A stretch of 64,000 nt of DNA from Gemmatimonadota bacterium (GTDB lineage Bacteria > Gemmatimonadota > Gemmatimonadetes > Gemmatimonadales > GWC2-71-9). The translations under genes were made by a program, and so were the position numbers. Every line of letters starts with the position of its first letter. Position 1 is the first letter of the stretch. Under the pieces are notes generated by a model that had not been told where the DNA came from, ran no database searches, and saw nothing but the letters and a program-made list of their open reading frames with translations. Positions 35,511 to 44,470 of the stretch are shown here, piece by piece. The stretch is taken from positions 1,053,162 to 1,117,161 of the forward strand of contig JADKJZ010000014.1 in the NCBI GenBank assembly GCA_016720805.1. The letters are read 5' to 3'.

Positions 35511-36610
35511 CCACCGTCTTGCTGGCAGGCGGTGGCACCGGCGGTCACCTGATGCCGGCACTCGCCATCGCCCAGCAGTTGCAGGCGCGCCACCCCGACT
35601 GGCGGATCGTGTTCGCGGGTGCTGAACGCGGGATCGAGGCGACCGTCCTCCCCGAACGGGGCCTCCCGCACCGCCTCTTTCCGTTCGAACCAATCCATCG
35701 ACGGCAGTGGTGGCGCAACGTCAAGTGGCCGCTGCTCGCGTGGCGCGTGGCGCGGGCCGTCGACCGCATGCTGGATGACGAACGCCCGGCCCTGGTGATC
35801 GGGACCGGCGGCTATGTGAGCGGCCCCGTCGTGTGGCGTGCTGCGCGGCGCGGGATCCCCACGGCGATCCTCGAGCTCGATGTCCTCCCGGGGTTTGCCA
35901 CCCGGCGCGCCGCGCCGATGGTGCAGGAGATCTGGACCGCCTCGCCGGAAGGACTCGCGGCGCTGGGGCCTGGCGCAGCCGCGCGCGGCCGGGTGACTGG
36001 CGCGCCGATCACGCCGCCCGACCCGACGCGCCGCGATGCGGCCCGCCAGAAGTTCGGCCTGACGGACGACCGACCGGTGCTGGTGATGACTGGTGGCAGC
36101 CAGGGCTCTCTCGCGATGAACCGGTTGATCGCCGATTGGCTGCGTGATGGCGGCGTGGCCAACGCGCACCTGATCTGGGCCACTGGGCGCGGCACGTACC
36201 AAGAGTTTGCACACCACCATCTGCCACCCGACGTGACCGTCGTGCCGTTCCTCGACCCGATGGCCGATGCCTGGGCGGTGGCTGACCTCTGCGTGGCGCG
36301 TGCCGGGATGATGACCCTTGCCGAGCTCTGCGCGTGGGGTATTCCGTCGGTGCTGGTGCCGCTGCCCACCGCCGCTGCCGATCACCAGCGTCACAACGCC
36401 GAGGCGATGGCCGCCGCAGGGGCAAGCGTGGTGCTTGAGCAGGCGGGACTCACCGCGCAGCATCTCGGTGACACGCTCACGGCCCTCCTGGCTGACGCCC
36501 CGCGACGCGCGGCCATGGCGGCCGACGCACGGCGACGCGGCAAGCCGGACGCTGCACGGCAGATCGCCGAGCGGTGCGAGCTCCTCATTGCCTCGGGAGC
36601 CTCGTCATGA
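35507..36610 (+). CDS. murG: UDP-GlcNAc--MurNAc-(pentapeptide)-PP-undecaprenol GlcNAc transferase
   Basis: GTGA overlap with ftsW. 'LAGGGTGGHLMPALA', 'TGGSQGS', 'ARAGMMTLAELCAWGIPSVLVP'. Confidence 0.9.
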   Translation: MTTVLLAGGGTGGHLMPALAIAQQLQARHPDWRIVFAGAERGIEATVLPERGLPHRLFPFEPIHRRQWWRNVKWPLLAWRVARAVDRMLDDERPALVIGTGGYVSGPVVWRAARRGIPTAILELDVLPGFATRRAAPMVQEIWTASPEGLAALGPGAAARGRVTGAPITPPDPTRRDAARQKFGLTDDRPVLVMTGGSQGSLAMNRLIADWLRDGGVANAHLIWATGRGTYQEFAHHHLPPDVTVVPFLDPMADAWAVADLCVARAGMMTLAELCAWGIPSVLVPLPTAAADHQRHNAEAMAAAGASVVLEQAGLTAQHLGDTLTALLADAPRRAAMAADARRRGKPDAARQIAERCELLIASGASS

Positions 36611-37857
36611 CCAGCCGTCGAGATTTTCTGCACGCGGTCACGGTGGGCGGCGTGGCGCATGGCGCACTGGCGGGCCGCGTCGCCGGCAACGCTCCGCCGG
36701 CGCCGGCGTCCGGAGCCGATGATCGTGGGCGGTGGGTCGCTGTGGCGACACGGATGGCCGATCCACTCCTCGGAGCGTTGGCACGCGGCGAACTCAAGCT
36801 CCGCATGCCGGTCGAGGCAGTGGCCGGTGCCGAGGCCGATCGACGCAAGGTGACCCACCTCGAAGGATTCGGCCGCCTGCTCGCCGGATTGTCGCCCTGG
36901 CTCGAGCAACGGCTGCCGAGTGGCGACGAGGAGCGCAGCCGTGCGCGCCTGGCTGCGCTGGCGCAGCAGGGAATGGACGCCGCCACCAACCCGGCGTCCC
37001 CCGATCGGATGAACTTCTCCGACGGCGCGCAGCCGCTCGTCGACGCCGCATTCCTCGCGCATGCGATGCTGCGCGCCCCGCGCACGCTGTGGCAGGAGTT
37101 GCCGTCCGCGACCCAGGGCAACGTCCTGGCCTCGCTCCGCGCCACGCGCGTGATCCGGCCGGGCTACAACAACTGGCTCCTCTTCAGTGCCATGATCGAG
37201 GCCGCGCTCGCCTCCGTCGGTGAGTCGTGGGACCAGATGCGGGTGGACTACGCCCTGCGGCAGCATGAGCTCTGGTACAAGGGCGACGGCATGTACGGCG
37301 ACGGCCCGACCTTTCACTGGGACTACTACAACAGCTTCGTGATCCAACCGATGTTGCTCGACATTCTCGTCACCGTTGGCCCCAAGGTCTCAGCGTGGAA
37401 GGAGATCGCGGCGCGGGTGACCACGCGGGCGCAGCGCTACGCCGTGATTCAGGAACGGCTCATCTCGCCCGAGGGGACGCTGCCGCCGATCGGCCGATCG
37501 ATCGCCTATCGCTGCGGAGCGCTGCAGCTGCTCGGTCAGGTGGCGCTGCGGCATGAGCTCCCCTCGGGCGTGTCGCCGGCCCAGGTGCGTGGCGGGATGA
37601 CGGCGGTGATCGGCCGCATGATGGAGGCCCCGGGCACCTTCACGCGGGACGGCTGGCTGACGATCGGTCTGGCTGGGCACCAGCCGTCGCTCGGCGAGAG
37701 CTACATCTCGACCGGCTCCTGTTACCTCGCCGCAACCGGGCTCCTTCCGCTCGGGCTCCCTCCGGGGGATCCATTCTGGAGCGCCCCCCCAGCCCCCTGG
37801 ACGGCGAAGAAGCTCTACGACGGCGCGGACGCCCCCGCGGACCACGCCGACGGATAG
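36607..37857 (+). CDS. Tat-signal exported protein, DUF2264-like
   Basis: 'MTSRRDFLHAVTVGGVA' is a twin-arginine-type signal. 'NNWLLFSAMIEA', 'GDGPTFHWDYYNSFVIQP', 'GRSIAYR' resemble DUF2264 as I recall it. ATGA overlap with murG. Confidence 0.5.
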   Translation: MTSRRDFLHAVTVGGVAHGALAGRVAGNAPPAPASGADDRGRWVAVATRMADPLLGALARGELKLRMPVEAVAGAEADRRKVTHLEGFGRLLAGLSPWLEQRLPSGDEERSRARLAALAQQGMDAATNPASPDRMNFSDGAQPLVDAAFLAHAMLRAPRTLWQELPSATQGNVLASLRATRVIRPGYNNWLLFSAMIEAALASVGESWDQMRVDYALRQHELWYKGDGMYGDGPTFHWDYYNSFVIQPMLLDILVTVGPKVSAWKEIAARVTTRAQRYAVIQERLISPEGTLPPIGRSIAYRCGALQLLGQVALRHELPSGVSPAQVRGGMTAVIGRMMEAPGTFTRDGWLTIGLAGHQPSLGESYISTGSCYLAATGLLPLGLPPGDPFWSAPPAPWTAKKLYDGADAPADHADG

Positions 37858-37899
37858 TCACCGCTTTGCCCCCCTTCCGCCCGCTCTTATCTTGCGCGG

Positions 37900-39276
37900 G
37901 TGGCCGCCCTGTTTGACCCCTCCGATCCCCGTCCCGTGCACTTCCTCGGCCTCAGTGGCGCGGGGATGAGCGCCCTCGCGCTCGCCGCGCGCCGCCGTGG
38001 CGTGGCGGTGAGCGGCTGCGATACCGAGACCGCGGCCTTTGCCGATTTGCGCGCGGCCGGCGCCGAGGCGTTTGACCACCCTGATCCGGCCCACCTTGCC
38101 GGCATCCGTGCGCTGGTCGTGACCGCCGCCGCCTCGCAGCAGCATCCCGAGATCGTCGCCGCGCGTGCGGCGGGCATTCCGGTCGTGCAGCGGAAGGAGG
38201 CGTTGGCCGATCTCGTGAACGGGACCACCCTGGTGGCGCTTGCCGGGACGCACGGGAAGACGACCACCACCGTGATGACCACCGAGGCGCTTCGTGGCGG
38301 CGGGAAGCATCCCTCCGGCCTGGCCGGTGGGCGTGTCTCCACCTGGGGCGGCAACGCGCTGCTCGACGGCAACGATCTCTTCGTGGTCGAGGCCGACGAA
38401 TACGACCAGGCCTTCCTGACCTTGCAGCCGACCATCGCCGTGGTGAACAACGTCGAGGCCGATCACCTCGAATGCTACGGCAGCGTCGAGGCGATGGAAG
38501 CCGCGTACGCCACCTTCGCCGGTCGCGCCGAGCGCGTGCTGGTCGGCACCGGCGACGTGGGGAGCGATCGCCTGGCGCAGACGCTCGGCGACAATGTGTG
38601 GCGCTTCGGGCTCGAAGAGGGCGCCGACCTGCGGCTCGTGCCGCGGAACGCCGGCCCCGATGGCACCGTCGCCGATGTGACGTTCCCCGATGGCCGTCAG
38701 CAGGTGCTCACGCTGCATGTCCCGGGGCTCCACAACCTGCGCAACGCCGGGGCCGCGCTCGGCGTCGCGTTCGCGCTCGGCGCCGACCTCGATGGGGCGA
38801 TCGCCGCGCTGGGCCGCTTCACCGGCGTCGGACGTCGCTTTGATCGGCACGGCGAGTCGCACGGCGTCACCTACGTCGACGACTACGCGCACCATCCGAC
38901 CGAACTCGTTGCGACGCTCGCCGCCGCGCGGCAGGCCTTCCCGCACCACCGGCTCGTCGCCGCGTTCCAACCGCATCTGTATTCGCGGACGGCATCGCAC
39001 GGCGCGGCCATGGGCGAGGCGCTGGCCGCCGCCGACCTCGTGGTGGTGACCGACGTGTATGGGGCGCGCGAGGCCCCGGTCGAGGGCGTGAGCGGGCATA
39101 TCGTCGCCGACGCGGCCATCGCCGCGGGCGCCGTCGTCTGCTACGCGCCGGTGCGGGCAGACCTGGCCCAGGAGATCGCGTCGATGCTCCGTGAGGGCGA
39201 TGTCCTCCTCACGCTCGGGGCCGGCGATATCACCCTGGTCGGCGCGGACGTGCGCCGCCTGCGCGAGGGTGCGTGA
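37900..39276 (+). CDS. murC: UDP-N-acetylmuramate--L-alanine ligase
   Basis: 'HFLGLSGAGMSALA', 'LAGTHGKTTTT', 'DDYAHHPTE'. Confidence 0.9.
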   Translation: MAALFDPSDPRPVHFLGLSGAGMSALALAARRRGVAVSGCDTETAAFADLRAAGAEAFDHPDPAHLAGIRALVVTAAASQQHPEIVAARAAGIPVVQRKEALADLVNGTTLVALAGTHGKTTTTVMTTEALRGGGKHPSGLAGGRVSTWGGNALLDGNDLFVVEADEYDQAFLTLQPTIAVVNNVEADHLECYGSVEAMEAAYATFAGRAERVLVGTGDVGSDRLAQTLGDNVWRFGLEEGADLRLVPRNAGPDGTVADVTFPDGRQQVLTLHVPGLHNLRNAGAALGVAFALGADLDGAIAALGRFTGVGRRFDRHGESHGVTYVDDYAHHPTELVATLAAARQAFPHHRLVAAFQPHLYSRTASHGAAMGEALAAADLVVVTDVYGAREAPVEGVSGHIVADAAIAAGAVVCYAPVRADLAQEIASMLREGDVLLTLGAGDITLVGADVRRLREGA

Positions 39277-39953
39277 CGACGCGGCAACGGGCACTGATCG
39301 TCGCTCTGGGCGCCGTGGCTGCAGTGGCCCTCTGGATTGGCGTGCCGCGCGCCATGCGTCGCCTCGAGTACTTCCGCGTCCGGCACATCGAGGTCACCGG
39401 GGTGCGGTTCCTCGACGAGCGTGACGTGGTCGCCCGCCTCGCCTTGCCGAAGACGGCCAGTATCGTCGATCCGCTGGCGCCCGTGCGTCGGAACGCCTCC
39501 GCGATTCCCGGTGTCGCGGCGGCCTCGATTGAGCGTCGCTTGCCGGGGACACTCTCCCTGTTGGTGTTGGAGGAATTGCCGGTGGCGCTCGTGATGCAGG
39601 AGGAGAAGCTGGTGCTGATGGATCGCCGTGGGCGCATCCTGCCGTTTGACCCGACGCGGGCACCGACATCGCTCCCCGTGGCCGAGCGGGATTCGGCAAC
39701 CGCCGCCCTGCTGTCGGCGGTGCTCCGAGCCGATCCTGAATGGTATGGGCAGATCGAATCGGCCCGCCGCGATGGTGGCGATGTCCTGCTCGAGGATGGC
39801 CCGCATCGGGTGCGCATTCGTCCCGGTGCCTCGCTCGAAACGATCCGCGGCGTGACCGCGGTGCGCGCCTGGTTGACCACCGCCAATCGCCCGTGGCAGG
39901 AGCTCGATGCCCGCTTTGCCGATCGCGCCTTCGTGAAGTGGGCAACGTCGTGA
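39273..39953 (+). CDS. ftsQ: FtsQ-like cell-division protein (POTRA)
   Basis: Single TM (ALIVALGAVAAVALWI) followed by 'FRVRHIEVTGVRFLDERDVV', POTRA-like. Position between murC and ftsA. Confidence 0.7.
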   Translation: MTTRQRALIVALGAVAAVALWIGVPRAMRRLEYFRVRHIEVTGVRFLDERDVVARLALPKTASIVDPLAPVRRNASAIPGVAAASIERRLPGTLSLLVLEELPVALVMQEEKLVLMDRRGRILPFDPTRAPTSLPVAERDSATAALLSAVLRADPEWYGQIESARRDGGDVLLEDGPHRVRIRPGASLETIRGVTAVRAWLTTANRPWQELDARFADRAFVKWATS

Positions 39954-41209
39954 GCACCGTCGCCGTGCAGCGGCTCGTCGCCGCCCTCGACCTCGGGAGC
40001 ACCAAGATCACCGCCATCATTGGCGAGGTGACCGGCGACTCCCGCTCGTGGGGGCTCCGCATCCTCGGCGTCGGCAGCGAACGGTCCACTGGCGTGCGTC
40101 GCGGGGTCATTCGCGACTTCGAAGAGACGGTCCGCGCGGTGACCAAGGCGATGACGGATGCCGAACGGATCGCCGGGCTCGAGGTCGGGACGGTCTATGT
40201 CGGGGCGGGCGGGGAGCAGATCGCCCAGCGGATCTCCCACGGCGTCGCCAGCATCACGGGCAGCGAAGTCCGCACCTCCGATCTGGCCCGTGTGAACGAC
40301 GTCGCCTCGTCGGTCTCGTTCGGCCACGACCAGGAACTGCTCCACGCCATCCCGCACGACTATCTCGTGGACGGCCAGGCTGGCTACGCCGACCCGATCG
40401 GAATGGCCGGCGAGCGTGTCGAGGCGGAGGTCTACATCCTCACGGCCCGCTCCAGCGCCTTGGCGCACCAGCGGAAAGCCATCGAAAAGGCGGGGTGGAA
40501 CGTCGGGGAAGTGGTGGTGGAACCGCTCGCGGCCTCGTTGGCGGTCCTGACCCCCGAGGAGCGGGAAATGGGGTCAGTTCTCGTGGACCTTGGCGGAGGG
40601 AGTACCTCTGTCGCCATCTTTCAGGGTGGGAAGCTCCGCCATACCGCCTCCCTCCGCTTTGCGGGGGGGCACCTGACTTCCGATCTGGTCCATGGCCTTG
40701 GGGTGACCCAGGCCGAGGCGGAGCGGATCAAGGAAAAGTGGGGCGCGGCCTACGAGCCGTTGATCCCGGAGAACGAAGTCGTGGAAGTCGTCCTGACGGG
40801 GGGGCAGGGGCCCCGGCAGGTGAAGCGCCAGTTGATTGCTCACATCATGCACGCCCGGCTCCAGGAGGTTCTGGAGCTGGCCTACGACGAAGTGACCCGC
40901 GCCGGCTGGGCGATGGCCGGGTTGCCGTGCGGCGTGGTGGTGACGGGTGGCGGGGCGGCGGCCCCAGGCATCGTCGAGCTGACGAGAGACGTCTTCGCGG
41001 CACCGGTACGGATCGGGGTGCCTGCGGACCAGTTGCGAGGTTTGGTGGACAGAGTGGCATCGCCGGGCCTCGCGGTTCCGGTCGGACTGGCCCTCTGGGG
41101 TGCACGACAGGTGGCGATGGGTGGGGGCTTCGGCGCCGGGGGCAAGTCATCGCCCGCCGTTGGCCGGGTGCTCGAACCAGTGCGACGCTGGTTGCAGGAT
41201 TTCTTCTGA
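39950..41209 (+). CDS. ftsA: Cell-division protein FtsA
   Basis: Actin-fold motifs 'ALDLGSTKITAIIGE', 'VLVDLGGGSTSVAIF', 'VVVTGGGA'. The GTG start shares TG with the ftsQ stop codon. Confidence 0.9.
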   Translation: MSTVAVQRLVAALDLGSTKITAIIGEVTGDSRSWGLRILGVGSERSTGVRRGVIRDFEETVRAVTKAMTDAERIAGLEVGTVYVGAGGEQIAQRISHGVASITGSEVRTSDLARVNDVASSVSFGHDQELLHAIPHDYLVDGQAGYADPIGMAGERVEAEVYILTARSSALAHQRKAIEKAGWNVGEVVVEPLAASLAVLTPEEREMGSVLVDLGGGSTSVAIFQGGKLRHTASLRFAGGHLTSDLVHGLGVTQAEAERIKEKWGAAYEPLIPENEVVEVVLTGGQGPRQVKRQLIAHIMHARLQEVLELAYDEVTRAGWAMAGLPCGVVVTGGGAAAPGIVELTRDVFAAPVRIGVPADQLRGLVDRVASPGLAVPVGLALWGARQVAMGGGFGAGGKSSPAVGRVLEPVRRWLQDFF

Positions 41210-41231
41210 CCGACCCTCGGGGGGGTGCGGC

Positions 41232-42461
41232 ATGGCGGACGGGATGATCTTCGAGCTCGAAGAGCAGTCAGCGCAGAATGCACGGATGAAGGTCGTTGGC
41301 GTCGGCGGGGGTGGCGGAAATGCCGTCAACCGCATGATTGCCGAGGCCCTCAGCGGCGTGCAGTTCATTTCGGTCAACACCGATGCCCAGGCCCTCGCGG
41401 CCTCGCGGTCCGACATCAAGGTGCAGATCGGCAAGAAGCTGACGCGCGGCCTCGGCGCCGGCGCCCGTCCCGAAATCGGCCGTCAGGCGATCGAGGAGAA
41501 TCGGGACGAGGTGCTTGAGCATCTCCAAGGGGCGGACCTGGTCTTCGTCACCTGCGGCATGGGTGGTGGCACCGGCACGGGCGCTGCACCGATTATTGCA
41601 CAGATCGCCAAGGACATCGGCGCCCTCACCGTCGGCATCGTCACCAAGCCGTTCCTCTTCGAGGGGCGGAAGCGGATGAAGCAGGCCGAAATGGGGATCA
41701 CCGAGCTTCGGCGAAACGTTGACACGATGATTGTCGTACCGAACGAACGGCTGCTCGCGGTGGTTGGGAAGGGCATTCCCTTCCAGGACGCCCTCAAGAA
41801 GGCCGACGAAGTGTTGCTGAATGCAACGCGCGGGATTGCCTCCTTGATCACCAGTACCGGCATCATCAACGTAGATTTCGCGGATGTACGGACGGTGATG
41901 CAGAACGGCGGCGCGGCACTGATGGGCACCGGCGTGGCCACCGGCGAGAATCGGGCGCTCGAGGCGGCGCAGCAGGCGATCTCGTCGCCACTGCTCGACA
42001 ACGTCTCGATCAACGGCGCCAGCGGCGTGCTGATCAACATCATCGGCGGCGACGACCTCACCCTCGGCGAGGCGACGCAGATCAGCGGCATCATTCACGA
42101 CGCCGTGGGCGACGACGCCCAGATCATCTTCGGTGCCGGGAACGACTCGCGCTGCAATGGCGAGATCCGCGTGACGGTGATCGCGACGGGCTTCGATCGG
42201 GCCGTGACGGGTGAGCCGGTGGTCGAGCGGAACGTGAACCCGCAGGTGCTGCCGTTCTCACCGCGGCGCCAGGCCGGCGTCACGCCGCCGGCCGCACCGA
42301 GCCAGCAGTCAACGCCGGCAGCCCAGCAGCCCACGGTGACGCCACCGCGGACCGCGCCGGTGCAGCAGCCGTTCGTTCGTCCGGTGCAACCGCCGAAGCC
42401 GGCGACGCCCGATGTGTCCGACATGGAAATTCCGACCTTTATCAGGCGGCAAATGGATTGA
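41232..42461 (+). CDS. ftsZ: Cell-division GTPase FtsZ
   Basis: 'VVGVGGGGGNAVNRM', 'GMGGGTGTGAAP', 'NVDFADV', Pro/Gln-rich linker, conserved C-terminal peptide 'DMEIPTFIRRQ'. Confidence 0.95.
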   Translation: MADGMIFELEEQSAQNARMKVVGVGGGGGNAVNRMIAEALSGVQFISVNTDAQALAASRSDIKVQIGKKLTRGLGAGARPEIGRQAIEENRDEVLEHLQGADLVFVTCGMGGGTGTGAAPIIAQIAKDIGALTVGIVTKPFLFEGRKRMKQAEMGITELRRNVDTMIVVPNERLLAVVGKGIPFQDALKKADEVLLNATRGIASLITSTGIINVDFADVRTVMQNGGAALMGTGVATGENRALEAAQQAISSPLLDNVSINGASGVLINIIGGDDLTLGEATQISGIIHDAVGDDAQIIFGAGNDSRCNGEIRVTVIATGFDRAVTGEPVVERNVNPQVLPFSPRRQAGVTPPAAPSQQSTPAAQQPTVTPPRTAPVQQPFVRPVQPPKPATPDVSDMEIPTFIRRQMD

Positions 42462-43729
42462 TGCGTTTCCAGATTCCCCGATTTCCTCTCGCCGCCGCCG
42501 TGCTCGCGGTGGCCGCGCTGATCGTGTCGCGCGGCGACTATCCGTGGCAGCGTCTCTCCGACGTGCCGACGACTGGCGCGATCGTCGTGTCCGATCCGTA
42601 CCATACGGTGAGCGACACCCTGCAGCGTGGGGAAACGATCGGGGCGCTGCTCGCGCGCCACGGCGTGATCGGGTTGGATCTGTCGGCGTTGGCCAGTGCG
42701 CTCCGCTTCGACCCGCGCCGCTTCCGCGCCGGGCAGGTCTTTTCGGTGCGCCGCGGTGGGGCCGCCGATGAGGCGACCCAGGTGGAATTTCGCGCCTCAC
42801 CGGAACAGCGGGTGCAGTTCATCCGGACCGCCAACGGCGAGTGGCGCGGGAACGCCGTCAAGGTCTACTGGAGCACCGACACGATCCGCCTCGGCGCAAC
42901 GATCACGTCGAGTCTCTTCAACGCCATCGACGACGAAGTCAGCGACGCGACCCTCGACCGTCAGGAGCGGGCCAACGTCGTCTACGCGCTCGCCGACGTC
43001 TTTTCCTACTCGGTCGACTTCTCGCGTGACATCCAGCAGGGCGATCGTTTCACGGCGGTGGTCGAGCGGCGCACCTCGGACGAAGGCGAGACCCGCTTTG
43101 GCCGCATCCTCGCGGGTGAACTGAGTGTGGGTGGCAAGGCGATCGCGGCGTACAACTATCGCAACGGTGGCCAGAACGCCTTCTACGACGCTGCGGGCAA
43201 CGCGCTCAAGCGTGCCTTCCTCGCGGCACCGGTCGAGTTCCGCTACATCTCGAGCGGTCTCTCGCGCGCCCGCTTTCATCCGGTGCTGGGCGTCTTCCGC
43301 AAGCATGACGGGATCGACTATTCCGCCGCCGCGGGCACCCCGGTCCATGCGGCCGCCGAAGGGACGATCCTGCGCGCGGGGTGGGCCGGCGGTTACGGCA
43401 GACTGATCGAGATCCGCCACCGCAATGGCATCGTCACGCGGTACGGGCACCTCTCGGTCATCGGGCCCGCGATCCGTCCTGGCGCGCACGTCGGCCAGGG
43501 CGACTTCATCGGCAAGGTCGGCTCGAGCGGTCTCTCGACCGCCCCGCACCTGCATTACGAGTTCCGCGTTGATGGCACCGCCCGCGACCCGCGCAGCGTC
43601 AAGATGGACACCGGCGCACCGCTGCCAGCGGGCGACCTGGTGGCGTTTCGCCAGGAACGCGATCGGCTCCGCGCGCTGCTTGGGCCCTCGCTCGCGTCGC
43701 CGCCGGCCCGCGGCTCCCTCGCCGAGTAG
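42461..43729 (+). CDS. M23-family metallopeptidase
   Basis: 'HDGIDYSAAAGTPVHAAAEG', 'GHLS', 'GSSGLSTAPHLHYEF'. N-terminal signal/TM. Confidence 0.85.
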   Translation: MRFQIPRFPLAAAVLAVAALIVSRGDYPWQRLSDVPTTGAIVVSDPYHTVSDTLQRGETIGALLARHGVIGLDLSALASALRFDPRRFRAGQVFSVRRGGAADEATQVEFRASPEQRVQFIRTANGEWRGNAVKVYWSTDTIRLGATITSSLFNAIDDEVSDATLDRQERANVVYALADVFSYSVDFSRDIQQGDRFTAVVERRTSDEGETRFGRILAGELSVGGKAIAAYNYRNGGQNAFYDAAGNALKRAFLAAPVEFRYISSGLSRARFHPVLGVFRKHDGIDYSAAAGTPVHAAAEGTILRAGWAGGYGRLIEIRHRNGIVTRYGHLSVIGPAIRPGAHVGQGDFIGKVGSSGLSTAPHLHYEFRVDGTARDPRSVKMDTGAPLPAGDLVAFRQERDRLRALLGPSLASPPARGSLAE

Positions 43730-43745
43730 CCCTTCCCACCGATTG

Positions 43746-44465
43746 ATGGACCTCTATCCCGCCATTGACCTGCGCGGCGGACAAGTCGTTCGCCTCGCGC
43801 AGGGGGAAGCCGCTCGCGAAACCGTCTATGGCCACGATCCCGTGGCCCAGGCGGAACAGTTCGTTCTGGCCGGCGCCCGTTGGCTCCATGTCGTCGACCT
43901 CAATCGTGCCTTCGGTGACGGCGACAACGACACGGCGATCGCCGAGATCGTGCGCCGGTTCGGCGATCGGCTGCAGGTCCAGCTCGGCGGTGGCATTCGC
44001 GAGGTCGCGCGGGCCGAGGCCGTGGTCCAGCTCGGCGTCTCGCGCGTGGTGATCGGCACGGCGGCCGTCGACCAGCCGGCGCTCGTCGATGCCGTGGTCC
44101 GCGCAATCGGTGGCGACCGCGTGGCGGTCGGGATCGATGCGCGCGATGGTCGGGTGGCGGTGCGCGGCTGGGTCGAGACATCCGCCGTGCGCGCCACCGA
44201 GCTCGCCGCGCGCGTCGCGGGGCAGGGCGTGCACACCGTGATCCATACCGACATTGCGCGCGACGGGATGCTGAGCGGGCCGAACCTCGACGAAGCGCTC
44301 GCGTTGCAGACCAAGGGGCCGCGGGTGATCGTGAGCGGCGGCGTGGCCTCGATCGCCGATCTGCAGGCCATCGCACGCGCAGGACTCGCGGGGGCCATCA
44401 CCGGGCGCGCGATCTACGAGGGACGCTTCACCCTCGCCGAGGCGCTCGCCGCCCTGGCGAGCTGA
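43746..44465 (+). CDS. hisA: ProFAR isomerase HisA (HisA/PriA type)
   Basis: 'LYPAIDLRGGQVVRL', 'LHVVDLNRAF', 'VQLGGGIR', 'VIHTDIARDGMLSGPN', 'VIVSGGVAS'. No other his genes are adjacent. Confidence 0.8.
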   Translation: MDLYPAIDLRGGQVVRLAQGEAARETVYGHDPVAQAEQFVLAGARWLHVVDLNRAFGDGDNDTAIAEIVRRFGDRLQVQLGGGIREVARAEAVVQLGVSRVVIGTAAVDQPALVDAVVRAIGGDRVAVGIDARDGRVAVRGWVETSAVRATELAARVAGQGVHTVIHTDIARDGMLSGPNLDEALALQTKGPRVIVSGGVASIADLQAIARAGLAGAITGRAIYEGRFTLAEALAALAS

Positions 44466-44470
44466 CCGCC

